Origin: Formosa sp. Hel1_33_131 | GTDB taxonomy: Bacteria; Bacteroidota; Bacteroidia; Flavobacteriales; Flavobacteriaceae | Length of the DNA stretch: 32,000 bases | Assembly (NCBI RefSeq): GCF_001735745.1 | Contig: NZ_CP017260.1 | Location: 420,001-452,000 of the forward strand | Direction of reading: 5' to 3' | Part shown: one piece after another, positions 18,363 to 25,753 of the stretch | Layout: every line of letters starts with the position of its first letter | How positions within the stretch are numbered: position 1 is the stretch's first letter | The notes under the pieces: generated by a model | Told to the model about the DNA's origin: nothing | Seen by the model: the letters and a program-made list of their open reading frames with translations, nothing else | The model's database searches: none | Translations under genes and position numbers: made by a program

Positions 18363-19307
18363 ATGACCAAACATATCTTTCCTTTTCTTTGCCTTTTTAT
18401 CGGCATGACGACTTTCACTGATGCGCAAAATTTTTCTTCTACTGAAATTACAATCAACCGTTATGTGGATGGCACGCTATTAGTTCCAGAGTCCGTAGAA
18501 AATCCACCATTGGTCATTATTATTGCGGGCTCAGGCCCTACCGATCGAAATGGCAACCAGTCCTTCATGAAAAATGACATGTTAAAGAAACTGGCCGAAG
18601 GACTCTCTGAAAATGGGGTCGCAACTTTCAGATACGACAAGCGTGTGGTCAAACAACTCAAAGCAGGAATTTTTGATAAAAACATCCGTTTTGATGATTT
18701 TGTAACAGACGCCAAATCGGTGGTCACCTATTTCAAACCCTCTTATGACTCCATCATCATTGCAGGACACAGTCAAGGAAGCTTAGTAGGACTTTTAGCC
18801 AGCGAATCGGGAGTGGATGGATTTATCTCCTTAGCAGGTGCAGGGAATCCTATCGATCAAATTATTTTAGAACAAATTACCAAAACAGCGCCTTTTTTCA
18901 CTGAAGATACGAAGCGTGTCTTAGAAACCTTAAAAAGCGGAAAAACCACCGCAGATTTCCCTCCAGCACTCGCCTCTATATTCAATTTAGACATTCAGCC
19001 ATTTATGATGAACTGGATGGAATACAACCCCCAAGAACGTATTGAAAACTTAGAAATCCCTGTACTCATCGTGAACGGCACCAAAGATTTACAAGTGAGC
19101 GTAATGGAAGCTCAACTCTTAAAAGATCATAAAGCAGATGCTGAACTCGTTATTATAAAAAATATGAATCACCTTTTATTTGAAATTGATGGCGATGATT
19201 TGGTAAATACAAAATCATACAATGAACTAAATCACCCAATCATACCCCAAGTAATTACAAGTATGCTCAATTTTATACAAAAAGATAAAAGCACCATTGA
19301 AGAATGA
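18363..19307 (+). CDS. Alpha/beta-fold hydrolase, secreted or periplasmic
   Basis: 314 aa with a signal peptide (FLCLFIGMTTFTDAQ), the nucleophile elbow GHSQGS (GxSxG) and the later NGTKDLQV...NMNHLL, consistent with Asp/His triad positions. Confidence 0.7.
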   Translation: MTKHIFPFLCLFIGMTTFTDAQNFSSTEITINRYVDGTLLVPESVENPPLVIIIAGSGPTDRNGNQSFMKNDMLKKLAEGLSENGVATFRYDKRVVKQLKAGIFDKNIRFDDFVTDAKSVVTYFKPSYDSIIIAGHSQGSLVGLLASESGVDGFISLAGAGNPIDQIILEQITKTAPFFTEDTKRVLETLKSGKTTADFPPALASIFNLDIQPFMMNWMEYNPQERIENLEIPVLIVNGTKDLQVSVMEAQLLKDHKADAELVIIKNMNHLLFEIDGDDLVNTKSYNELNHPIIPQVITSMLNFIQKDKSTIEE

Positions 19308-19314
19308 TGCTTTT
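19287..19314 (+). terminator. Putative intrinsic terminator overlapping the hydrolase stop codon
   Basis: aaaagcaccat (19287-19297), a 6-nt loop, then atgatgctttt (19304-19314). The stem is 11 bp with one mismatch and ends in a short T-run. Confidence 0.4.
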
Positions 19315-19385
19315 AACTAACTAACCAACCAAAATATTACTAACAAAATAATATGTTTAATCTATTTTCAATTTCCGTGCCAAAA
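19303..19385. repeat. Direct repeat copy 1 (terminator-proximal segment, about 83 bp)
   Basis: aatgatgcttttaactaactaaccaaccaaaatattac...atgtttaat...cgtgccaaaat aligns by eye with 19620-19706 at roughly three quarters identity, with small indels. Confidence 0.6.
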
Positions 19386-19487
19386 TGTCTAGGTAATGGC
19401 TATTTAACTTAATTTTCACATAATGAACCGACTATGTTCCATATTTTAACATTCACTGGGAAGTAATGTAATGGATGTAGCATATTT

Positions 19488-19565
19488 GCTCTGAACTGCT
19501 TGCACTGAGCCTGCCTATCGGCAGACAGGTTTACCTACCGAAGGCAGGCGCAGTCGAAGTGTCTA
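19488..19565. repeat. GC-rich structured intergenic element (REP/MITE-like hairpins)
   Basis: gcctgcc (19509-19515) pairs with ggcaggc (19543-19549), with the inner ctgcc-tatc-ggcag hairpin. It ends in gcgcagtcgaagtg (19548-19561), which recurs inverted at 23251-23264. Confidence 0.5.
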
Positions 19566-19601
19566 AGTATGACTGTTTAAGATCAATAAATATTGATATG
19601 A

Positions 19602-19631
19602 AAAAGCATCATTTAAAAAAATGATGCTTTT
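19602..19631 (+). terminator. Putative intrinsic terminator hairpin (second copy)
   Basis: aaaagcatcat (19602-19612), the loop ttaaaaaa, then atgatgctttt (19621-19631). This is a perfect 11-bp stem followed by Ts. Confidence 0.45.
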
Positions 19632-19706
19632 AATCACTAACCAACCAAAATATATTACAAAAGATTATGTAATATGTTTACTAGTAAACAAACTTCGTGC
19701 CAAAAA
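19620..19706. repeat. Direct repeat copy 2 (about 87 bp)
   Basis: aatgatgcttttaatcactaaccaaccaaaatatattac...atgtttact...cgtgccaaaaat aligns with 19303-19385. Confidence 0.6.
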
Positions 19707-19745
19707 TTATTTTATTTATATTTGAGACCTAGAAACTAAAAAATT

Positions 19746-21062
19746 ATGATAGATACAACGCCATTTTTCACAGACGATACCATTGTTTTCGGGTTACTCA
19801 TGTCGGCCATTGCTCTGATATTTTATACAGAATCACGTCCAACCGGCTTTTGGCATAAATTTTATAAAATCGTTCCCGGACTGTTTATGGCGTACATGAT
19901 TCCAGCCCTATTCACCACTTTGGGATGGATTGCTCCAGACTGGAAAACCCTCACTCCTACTGGCGAACTGACCGAACACAGCAGCAACTTGTACTACGTA
20001 GCAAGTCGTTACTTATTGCCCGCTGCGTTGGTGTTGATGACTCTAAGCATCGATTTAAAAGCCGTTGTCAACTTGGGATGGAAAGCATTGATTATGTTTT
20101 TTACAGGAACATTAGGCATCGTCATTGGTGGCCCGATTGCGATTTTATTAATTTCTTTAGTTTCTCCAGAAACGGTGGGAGGTATTGGACCCGATGCGGT
20201 TTGGAGAGGCCTCTCTACCTTGGCTGGAAGTTGGATTGGTGGCGGTGCCAACCAAACCGCAATGCTAGAAATATATGGATACAATCAAAAATTATATGGG
20301 GGCATGGTGTTTGTGGACATCGTGGTTGCTAATATTTGGATGGCACTCTTACTCATTGGAATTGGAAAATCAGACCGGATTAATAAATGGTTACGAGCCG
20401 ACACCACTGCCATTGAAACGTTGAAAGATAAAGTTTCTACCTTCACTGAAAGTGTGAAACGCACCCCATCACTCACGGACATCATGATCATGATTGGGAT
20501 TGCATTTGGGACGGTGAGTTTTGCGCACTTAGGATCTAGCTATCTAGCACCCTTTTTTAGTGAATATGTCGCAACATTTGAATCTGAAACGACAAAAAAT
20601 ATATTTACTTTTTTAGGATCTTCTTTCTTTTGGATGATTAGTATTGCAACAATTATTGCTGTGGGACTTTCGTTTACCAAAGCTAAGAACTATGAAGGTG
20701 CAGGCGCGAGTAAATTTGGAAGTGTTTTTATTTACATCTTAGTCGCCAGCATTGGAATGAAGATGGATTTAACCATGATCTTTGACAATACAGGATTGAT
20801 TGCGATTGGAGTCGTTTGGATGACCATCCATGCAGTGCTGCTAATCGCCGTTGCAAAATTGATTCGAGCCCCTTACTTCTTTTTAGCTGTTGGAAGTCAA
20901 GCGAACGTAGGTGGAGCTGCTTCTGCGCCTATCGTAGCTGCTGCGTTTCACCCCTCTTTAGCGAGTGTGGGTGTGATTTTAGCCGTCTTTGGATATGCCA
21001 TCGGAACCATTGCTGCCATTGCGTGTACAATCCTTATGGAATTAGCGGCCGCAACTGCTTAG
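19746..21062 (+). CDS. Polytopic membrane protein, DUF819-like
   Basis: 438 aa with about 10 or more hydrophobic segments. The segment STLAGSWIGGGANQTAMLE resembles the conserved core of DUF819 (YjcL-like) proteins. The assignment is from memory of the family pattern and was not searched. Confidence 0.5.
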   Translation: MIDTTPFFTDDTIVFGLLMSAIALIFYTESRPTGFWHKFYKIVPGLFMAYMIPALFTTLGWIAPDWKTLTPTGELTEHSSNLYYVASRYLLPAALVLMTLSIDLKAVVNLGWKALIMFFTGTLGIVIGGPIAILLISLVSPETVGGIGPDAVWRGLSTLAGSWIGGGANQTAMLEIYGYNQKLYGGMVFVDIVVANIWMALLLIGIGKSDRINKWLRADTTAIETLKDKVSTFTESVKRTPSLTDIMIMIGIAFGTVSFAHLGSSYLAPFFSEYVATFESETTKNIFTFLGSSFFWMISIATIIAVGLSFTKAKNYEGAGASKFGSVFIYILVASIGMKMDLTMIFDNTGLIAIGVVWMTIHAVLLIAVAKLIRAPYFFLAVGSQANVGGAASAPIVAAAFHPSLASVGVILAVFGYAIGTIAAIACTILMELAAATA

Positions 21063-21093
21063 AAATAATTATATTTGAGTCTAAAAATCAATC

Positions 21094-21786
21094 ATGAACA
21101 ACAGCTTATACTTTATCCTTGCCATCCTCATCACGGCTTGTACACAGCAAACCCCTAAAAACACAACCGTTAGAGGAAGTATTAAAGGCTTTCAAAAAGG
21201 AACGCTCTACCTTCAAAGTGTGATTGATGGTGGATTTACAACCTTGGATTCTTTGGTGATGAATAGTACAACCGATTTTGAATTGGGCTGCGACTTGGAA
21301 GAAGCGGAGTTGTTATTCTTAAGTTTATCAAAAGAGGTGGATGCAGAACGCATTTCTTTCTTTGCTGATAAAGGACTTACAACTATAAACACAAGCTTAA
21401 AACGCTTCAAGTTCGATGCGAAAATAGAAGGCAGCAAACAACAAAAATTACTGGAATCCTATTACAAAAACATTGCCCGTTTCAAGGATCAAAAACTAGA
21501 ACTCATTGAGGCGCAGTTAAACGCTCAAAAAGATGGCTTCTCAGCACGTGCCGATTCGCTTCAAATTCAAATGGATAAATTAGTCCAACGCAGCTATTTG
21601 TACAGCATCAATTTTGCTGTCAATAATAAAGAGAGTGAAGTCGCACCTTTTGTAGCGGTTTCTGAAATTTATGATGCCAATGTGAAATACTTGGATACCA
21701 TAAACAAAATATTGCCTCCAAAAATTGCCAATTCTAAGTATGGAATTATTCTGGAGGCCTATATTAAATCTGTAAAGTCTGAGTAA
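21094..21786 (+). CDS. Lipoprotein with a DUF4369-like N-terminal domain
   Basis: 230 aa with a lipobox (AILITAC). This is followed by TVRGSIKGFQKGTLYLQS..., typical of the DUF4369 beta-sandwich often found at the N-terminus of Bacteroidota thiol-disulfide oxidoreductases. No thioredoxin domain is present here. Confidence 0.45.
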   Translation: MNNSLYFILAILITACTQQTPKNTTVRGSIKGFQKGTLYLQSVIDGGFTTLDSLVMNSTTDFELGCDLEEAELLFLSLSKEVDAERISFFADKGLTTINTSLKRFKFDAKIEGSKQQKLLESYYKNIARFKDQKLELIEAQLNAQKDGFSARADSLQIQMDKLVQRSYLYSINFAVNNKESEVAPFVAVSEIYDANVKYLDTINKILPPKIANSKYGIILEAYIKSVKSE

Positions 21787-21787
21787 T

Positions 21788-22054
21788 TTAGAGCTTGTTA
21801 ATCTTTTCGATTAAAGCTTTTCCTTTTGTTTCAAGATCGTTAGCGATCCCTTTGAAATGTGCTTTTTGATTTTCAACATCTTTAGCATTTACCATCGCAA
21901 TCAATTCATCAAAAGTTGAAATCGCCTCGTCAATGATCGCTTCACTTTTTTTAGTGTCTTTATCAGTATTGGCATATTCCCAAATATATACTGCTTCAAT
22001 GATATCTCCTAATACGTAATTGATATCTTTCTTTAAATTTCTAACGTTAGCCAT
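21788..22054 (-). CDS. Small conserved hypothetical protein (88 aa, helical, acidic)
   Basis: It is a clean ORF with an ATG start, a TAnnTTTG box about 20 nt upstream and no competing ORF. No function is recognisable. Confidence 0.55.
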   Translation of the reverse strand: MANVRNLKKDINYVLGDIIEAVYIWEYANTDKDTKKSEAIIDEAISTFDELIAMVNAKDVENQKAHFKGIANDLETKGKALIEKINKL

Positions 22055-22073
22055 TGTATTAATTTTTGTTTTT

Positions 22074-22081
22074 GCAAAATT
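22074..22081 (-). promoter_or_regulatory. Putative -7 box (TAATTTTG) for the 88-aa gene
   Basis: The minus strand reads TAATTTTG, an exact TAnnTTTG match, about 20 nt upstream of the ATG at 22054. This is a motif match only. Confidence 0.3.
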
Positions 22082-22242
22082 ACGTAATTTTAACTGAACT
22101 CGTTTACACTTTTTGAATTGTAACGAAAATTAGTCAATTTTTATCCAATTGAAGTTTTTTTTAGTTGCGTAGCTCCGTTGCGGAAGTTAAAAAAGACAAA
22201 AAGTGGGTGAACAAAGGCCATTTTTTAGCCGATTGAAAAAGC

Positions 22243-23220
22243 TTAAACGAGTTCAATATAAACTTCTAAAAGTTTTGCATGATTTGCAGAAATCAAAAAT
22301 CGTTCGATACAGGCAGGAATTAAAACCGTCTCCCCCATCGAAATTTCAGTGACAGTTCCGTCCACTTCCACAGTGGCTTTTCCTTCCACACACATATAAA
22401 TTATAAAAGAATCGTGTGTGTTTTCTTTTAGAATTGGTTCTTTGACGTCCAGCACATTCGTTGTGAAATATGGACAACTGACCAGTTCGGTAGAAGTATT
22501 TGAATTTTTGGAATACTTCACTCTGTAATTATCCGGCATATCAAAGTCAAAAGCTTCCAGCGCAATGTCATTGTGCAACTCCCGTTCATTGCCATCGGCA
22601 TCCACGCGGTCCCAGTCATACACGCGGTAGGTAATATCACTGGTCTGTTGAATTTCTGCCAAAAGCACCCCTGCTCCAATCGCATGAATTCTCCCTACTT
22701 CAATGAAATAGGTATCCCCTGCTTGGACGTTGTCAAAATTTAAGATGCTTTGCAGCGTTTTAGCTTCCAGATGTTTGAGGTACAAGTCTTGTGTCATCTC
22801 CTGATTAAAACCAACTATCAAATTGGAATCCGTATCCGCTTGAAGCACATACCACATTTCGGTTTTTCCAAAACTGTTGTGGCGTTCTTTCGCCAACTGA
22901 TCGTTGGGATGCAACTGAACGGACAAATCTTCTTTGGCGTCAATAAACTTAATAAGCAAGGGAAATTTTTTCCCAAACTGACGGAAGTTCTTCTCGCCTA
23001 ACAAGTCAGACGTATAAGTCTCCAAAAGGTTTTTTAGCGATGTACCTTCCAAAGGACCATTGGCAACCACAGAGGTATCGCCTTCCACGTCACTGATTTC
23101 CCAACTTTCGCCGGCATCCGTAGCCATGGTGGGTTTGTTTAAAAGTTGTTGTAGTTTTTGACCGCCCCAAATTTTATTTTTGAGAATCGGATGAAATTTT
23201 AAGGGATAAAGTGGTTTCAT
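22243..23220 (-). CDS. manA: Class I mannose-6-phosphate isomerase
   Basis: The N-terminus MKPLYPLKFHPILKNKIWGG is typical of type I PMI in Bacteroidota/Firmicutes. The cupin metal-site contexts are SVQLHPND...KTEMWY and RIHAIGAG. I place the start at the ATG at 23220. The ORF-track extension to 23268 reads through an intergenic repeat motif. Confidence 0.8.
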   Translation of the reverse strand: MKPLYPLKFHPILKNKIWGGQKLQQLLNKPTMATDAGESWEISDVEGDTSVVANGPLEGTSLKNLLETYTSDLLGEKNFRQFGKKFPLLIKFIDAKEDLSVQLHPNDQLAKERHNSFGKTEMWYVLQADTDSNLIVGFNQEMTQDLYLKHLEAKTLQSILNFDNVQAGDTYFIEVGRIHAIGAGVLLAEIQQTSDITYRVYDWDRVDADGNERELHNDIALEAFDFDMPDNYRVKYSKNSNTSTELVSCPYFTTNVLDVKEPILKENTHDSFIIYMCVEGKATVEVDGTVTEISMGETVLIPACIERFLISANHAKLLEVYIELV

Positions 23221-23317
23221 TAGTATTTTTATATTGACTTTTAAGAGCCACACTTCGACTGCGCTCAATGTAGATATGGCAACATTTACTTGAGTTTAAG
23301 TTATGAACTTCATACTA

Positions 23318-23728
23318 CTAGTTTCCAGAGTAAGTCACAAAATTACGAGGGGTTTCATAAAGCGTCACTTCCAAATCTAAATTAGATTCGAGGACAGCTT
23401 TTAGCTTATCGTAAATGACCACCACAATGTTTTCGGCAGTGGGGTTTAAATCTTTAAATTCAGGTACGTCCAAGTTTAAATTCTTGTGATCAAACGCATC
23501 TTCTACTTCCGATTTGATAAAGTTTTTCAGAATTTTAACGTCCATCACATACCCTGTTTCTGGATCGATCTCTCCCGTCACACTGACCGTAAGGTCGTAA
23601 TTGTGCCCGTGAAAATTAGGGTTGTTGCATTTCCCAAAAATGGCATCGTTTTTTTCAAAACTCCAATCGGGGCGGTACAATCTATGGGCGGCATTAAAAT
23701 GTGCTTTTCTACTTATGGTGACTTTCAT
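23318..23728 (-). CDS. queD: 6-carboxy-5,6,7,8-tetrahydropterin synthase (6-pyruvoyl-tetrahydropterin synthase family)
   Basis: 136 aa. KAHFNAAHRL...CNNPNFHGHNY...TGYVMD are the zinc-binding His and catalytic motifs of PTPS/QueD. Confidence 0.85.
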   Translation of the reverse strand: MKVTISRKAHFNAAHRLYRPDWSFEKNDAIFGKCNNPNFHGHNYDLTVSVTGEIDPETGYVMDVKILKNFIKSEVEDAFDHKNLNLDVPEFKDLNPTAENIVVVIYDKLKAVLESNLDLEVTLYETPRNFVTYSGN

Positions 23729-24248
23729 TGGTGGTGTTTATATGTTCGTAAAATTTTTCAAATATGATTTTAAACCATTCGGTGTACAGTGTTGGCTGCT
23801 GTTTGATATCGGCTTTGACGGCTTCCAAAGGCATCCATTTCCAGGCTTCCACTTCTTCCGTATTGATGACGGGAGCTGCTTCGTAAGAACCCACCATAAT
23901 GTGGTCCAATTCGTGTTCGGTGAGCCCATTGTCAAAAGGCGCTTTGTAAATAAACCAAGTGGTTTCTTTGAGGGGCGTCACAAAACCCATTTCTTCTTGC
24001 AAACGGCGTGTGCCGGCTTCCAAATTGGATTCTCCTACCCGTTGGTGGGAACAGCAGGTATTGGTCCACAACAGCGGCGAATGGTATTTATGAGCCGCAC
24101 GTTGTTGCAGCATCAATTCGTTTTGGGCATTAAATATAAACACCGAAAACGCTCGGTGCAATACCGCCTTTTCATGGGCTTCCATTTTTGGCATGGTGCC
24201 TATTTGTTCGTCCTGTGCATTCACAAGAATGACCTGTTCTTCCATCAT
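23709..24248 (-). CDS. idi: Isopentenyl-diphosphate delta-isomerase, type 1 (Nudix fold)
   Basis: 179 aa. HRAFSVFIFN...LLQQRA..K...PLLWTNTCCSH...E....A..RRL.EEMG is the canonical type 1 IDI core with the catalytic Cys and Glu contexts. It overlaps the queD start by 20 nt. Confidence 0.85.
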   Translation of the reverse strand: MMEEQVILVNAQDEQIGTMPKMEAHEKAVLHRAFSVFIFNAQNELMLQQRAAHKYHSPLLWTNTCCSHQRVGESNLEAGTRRLQEEMGFVTPLKETTWFIYKAPFDNGLTEHELDHIMVGSYEAAPVINTEEVEAWKWMPLEAVKADIKQQPTLYTEWFKIIFEKFYEHINTTNESHHK

Positions 24249-24712
24249 GCCACAAAAATATCAACTATATCTTTAAGTTTTACTAATTTCTTGCTAAAAA
24301 ACGGGTTTTGTAAGACGAGCCAAATTTCATGTTTCCATAAAAAATAATTATTTAATTGTAATATATTATAGTCTTGTTTAATGTTTGCCTACTTAAGATA
24401 AACACTGTCAGCTATTTATAAAAATAAAGCGCCATATTTTTTGGATATTAAATAAAATATTTTAATTTCAATTTTTGATTGAGACCCCAGTCTAAATCTT
24501 CAAAATGAATTTAACCGAATGGAGGGAGTGTTTTATATAAATTTTAGTGGAATGAGGGCACTATACATACCTACATGGAATGTATTATAACACTTATAAA
24601 AAAATAATTACCACATTAATGTTGTATAAACTAGTTAGCTGCAGGGGAAAAACGAACATACAACCATTGAAACCTTTCCAATGAAAATTAAATAATAATA
24701 AAAACTATTGAT

Positions 24713-25753
24713 ATGGCTATTAAACTTGACACAAGTACTATAACGATTGAAAATATCATCGTACATAGCATACCTAAACATCGAAAAAGTGACTTTTCTA
24801 TTAAACCACAATATAGTGAACAAGAAAGTTCTCTTCCTGATGCATTAAGAGTGTTTTTTAAGGACAAAATCATCAGCTCTTTGCAAAGTAATAAAGAATT
24901 ACGTGTTTGTTATAATCCTAAAAATGAATCTCCTGTTTCCATTTATATCAATCAAATAATTAATTCGGGTGGTACTGATTTAATTGAGCAGTCAAAATTA
25001 ATAACCAAATATTTATTTGAAGTACAAAACGGACAAAATGCATCAGGAATTTTGGTGATAATATTTGGAAAAATAAATGATAACAAAACTTGCATTATTA
25101 TCAAACTTGAAAGAGATGAAGGAGCACAATTAGTATTAGACCCTGTGACTAAATCTTTTAATATTAAGGATGTGCAAGATTTAATGCTTACAAAGAAAAC
25201 AAAAATATATAAAGTAGGCTTATTTATAAACAAGTCTGAACTTAAGATAAAATATGATGGCAGTACAGCTGATTTGCAAATAGATCCAAAAACAAAAAAA
25301 GAAGTTACAACTTGGTTTATTGAAAGATTTTTGGGATGTATTCCTCTTGAAGACCCAAGACATACAACAAAGAAATTTTACACCTACACAACTACTTTTA
25401 TAAAGACAATTGAGGATCCAATAAAACAAGCTAAATATAGACAAGACTTTAATTCGTATTTGCAGAAAAACTCACAAAGAATTAGTGCAAAGGAGTTCGC
25501 AGATGATTACATGGAAACTACTGATAAAAACAACTATAATAAATATCTAAAGAACAAAAACTTTAGAATGTCAGAGTTTCCCAAGGCTAATGATTATATA
25601 CAAAATAAAATAAAAACAATAACCATAACTTTTGCAAATGACATCGCCATTGTTGGTAAAAAAGGAACATTTGATAAAAATGTAAAACTGGAAAGTCAAG
25701 AAGATGGGAATACAAAAGCAGAAATTATTTCTAAAGTAAAAAGCATTTGTTAA
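24713..25753 (+). CDS. Divergent NdpA/YejK (NA37)-like nucleoid-associated-protein-family member (cassette gene A)
   Basis: 346 aa. Motif order is collinear with gene C and with NA37 proteins: IENIIVHSIPK near the N-terminus, ASGILVIIFGKINDNKTCIIIKLERDEG mid-protein, and WFIERFLGCIPLEDPRHTTKKFYTYTTTFIK. The stop TAA (25751-25753) overlaps the ATG of gene B. Family assignment is by eye and needs an HMM. Confidence 0.5.
   Translation: MAIKLDTSTITIENIIVHSIPKHRKSDFSIKPQYSEQESSLPDALRVFFKDKIISSLQSNKELRVCYNPKNESPVSIYINQIINSGGTDLIEQSKLITKYLFEVQNGQNASGILVIIFGKINDNKTCIIIKLERDEGAQLVLDPVTKSFNIKDVQDLMLTKKTKIYKVGLFINKSELKIKYDGSTADLQIDPKTKKEVTTWFIERFLGCIPLEDPRHTTKKFYTYTTTFIKTIEDPIKQAKYRQDFNSYLQKNSQRISAKEFADDYMETTDKNNYNKYLKNKNFRMSEFPKANDYIQNKIKTITITFANDIAIVGKKGTFDKNVKLESQEDGNTKAEIISKVKSIC

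Noticed and set aside
17497-19706. CRISPR array hypothesis for the repeat-rich intergenic regions at 17.5 kb and 19.4 kb
   Set aside because: The repeats are inverted or only duplicated once, with no regular repeat-spacer periodicity and no cas genes nearby.
19925-21097. Alternative-frame ORFs inside the DUF819-like membrane protein gene (19925..20332, 20009..20284, 20285..20491, 20816..21097)
   Set aside because: They are nested in a long, coherent polytopic membrane-protein frame. Their Arg/Cys/Trp-rich compositions are typical of out-of-frame translation.
23622-24347. 241-aa ORF on the plus strand
   Set aside because: It lies entirely antisense to idi and the queD 5' end, both of which have strong family motifs. 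Its product has a low-complexity, Phe/Gly/His-rich composition typical of shadow ORFs.
24635-24873. Two 61-62-aa minus-strand ORFs at the start of the cassette
   Set aside because: They overlap the gene A start and the AT-rich leader, and their hydrophobic, low-complexity products are expected by chance in AT-rich DNA. No supporting signals were found.
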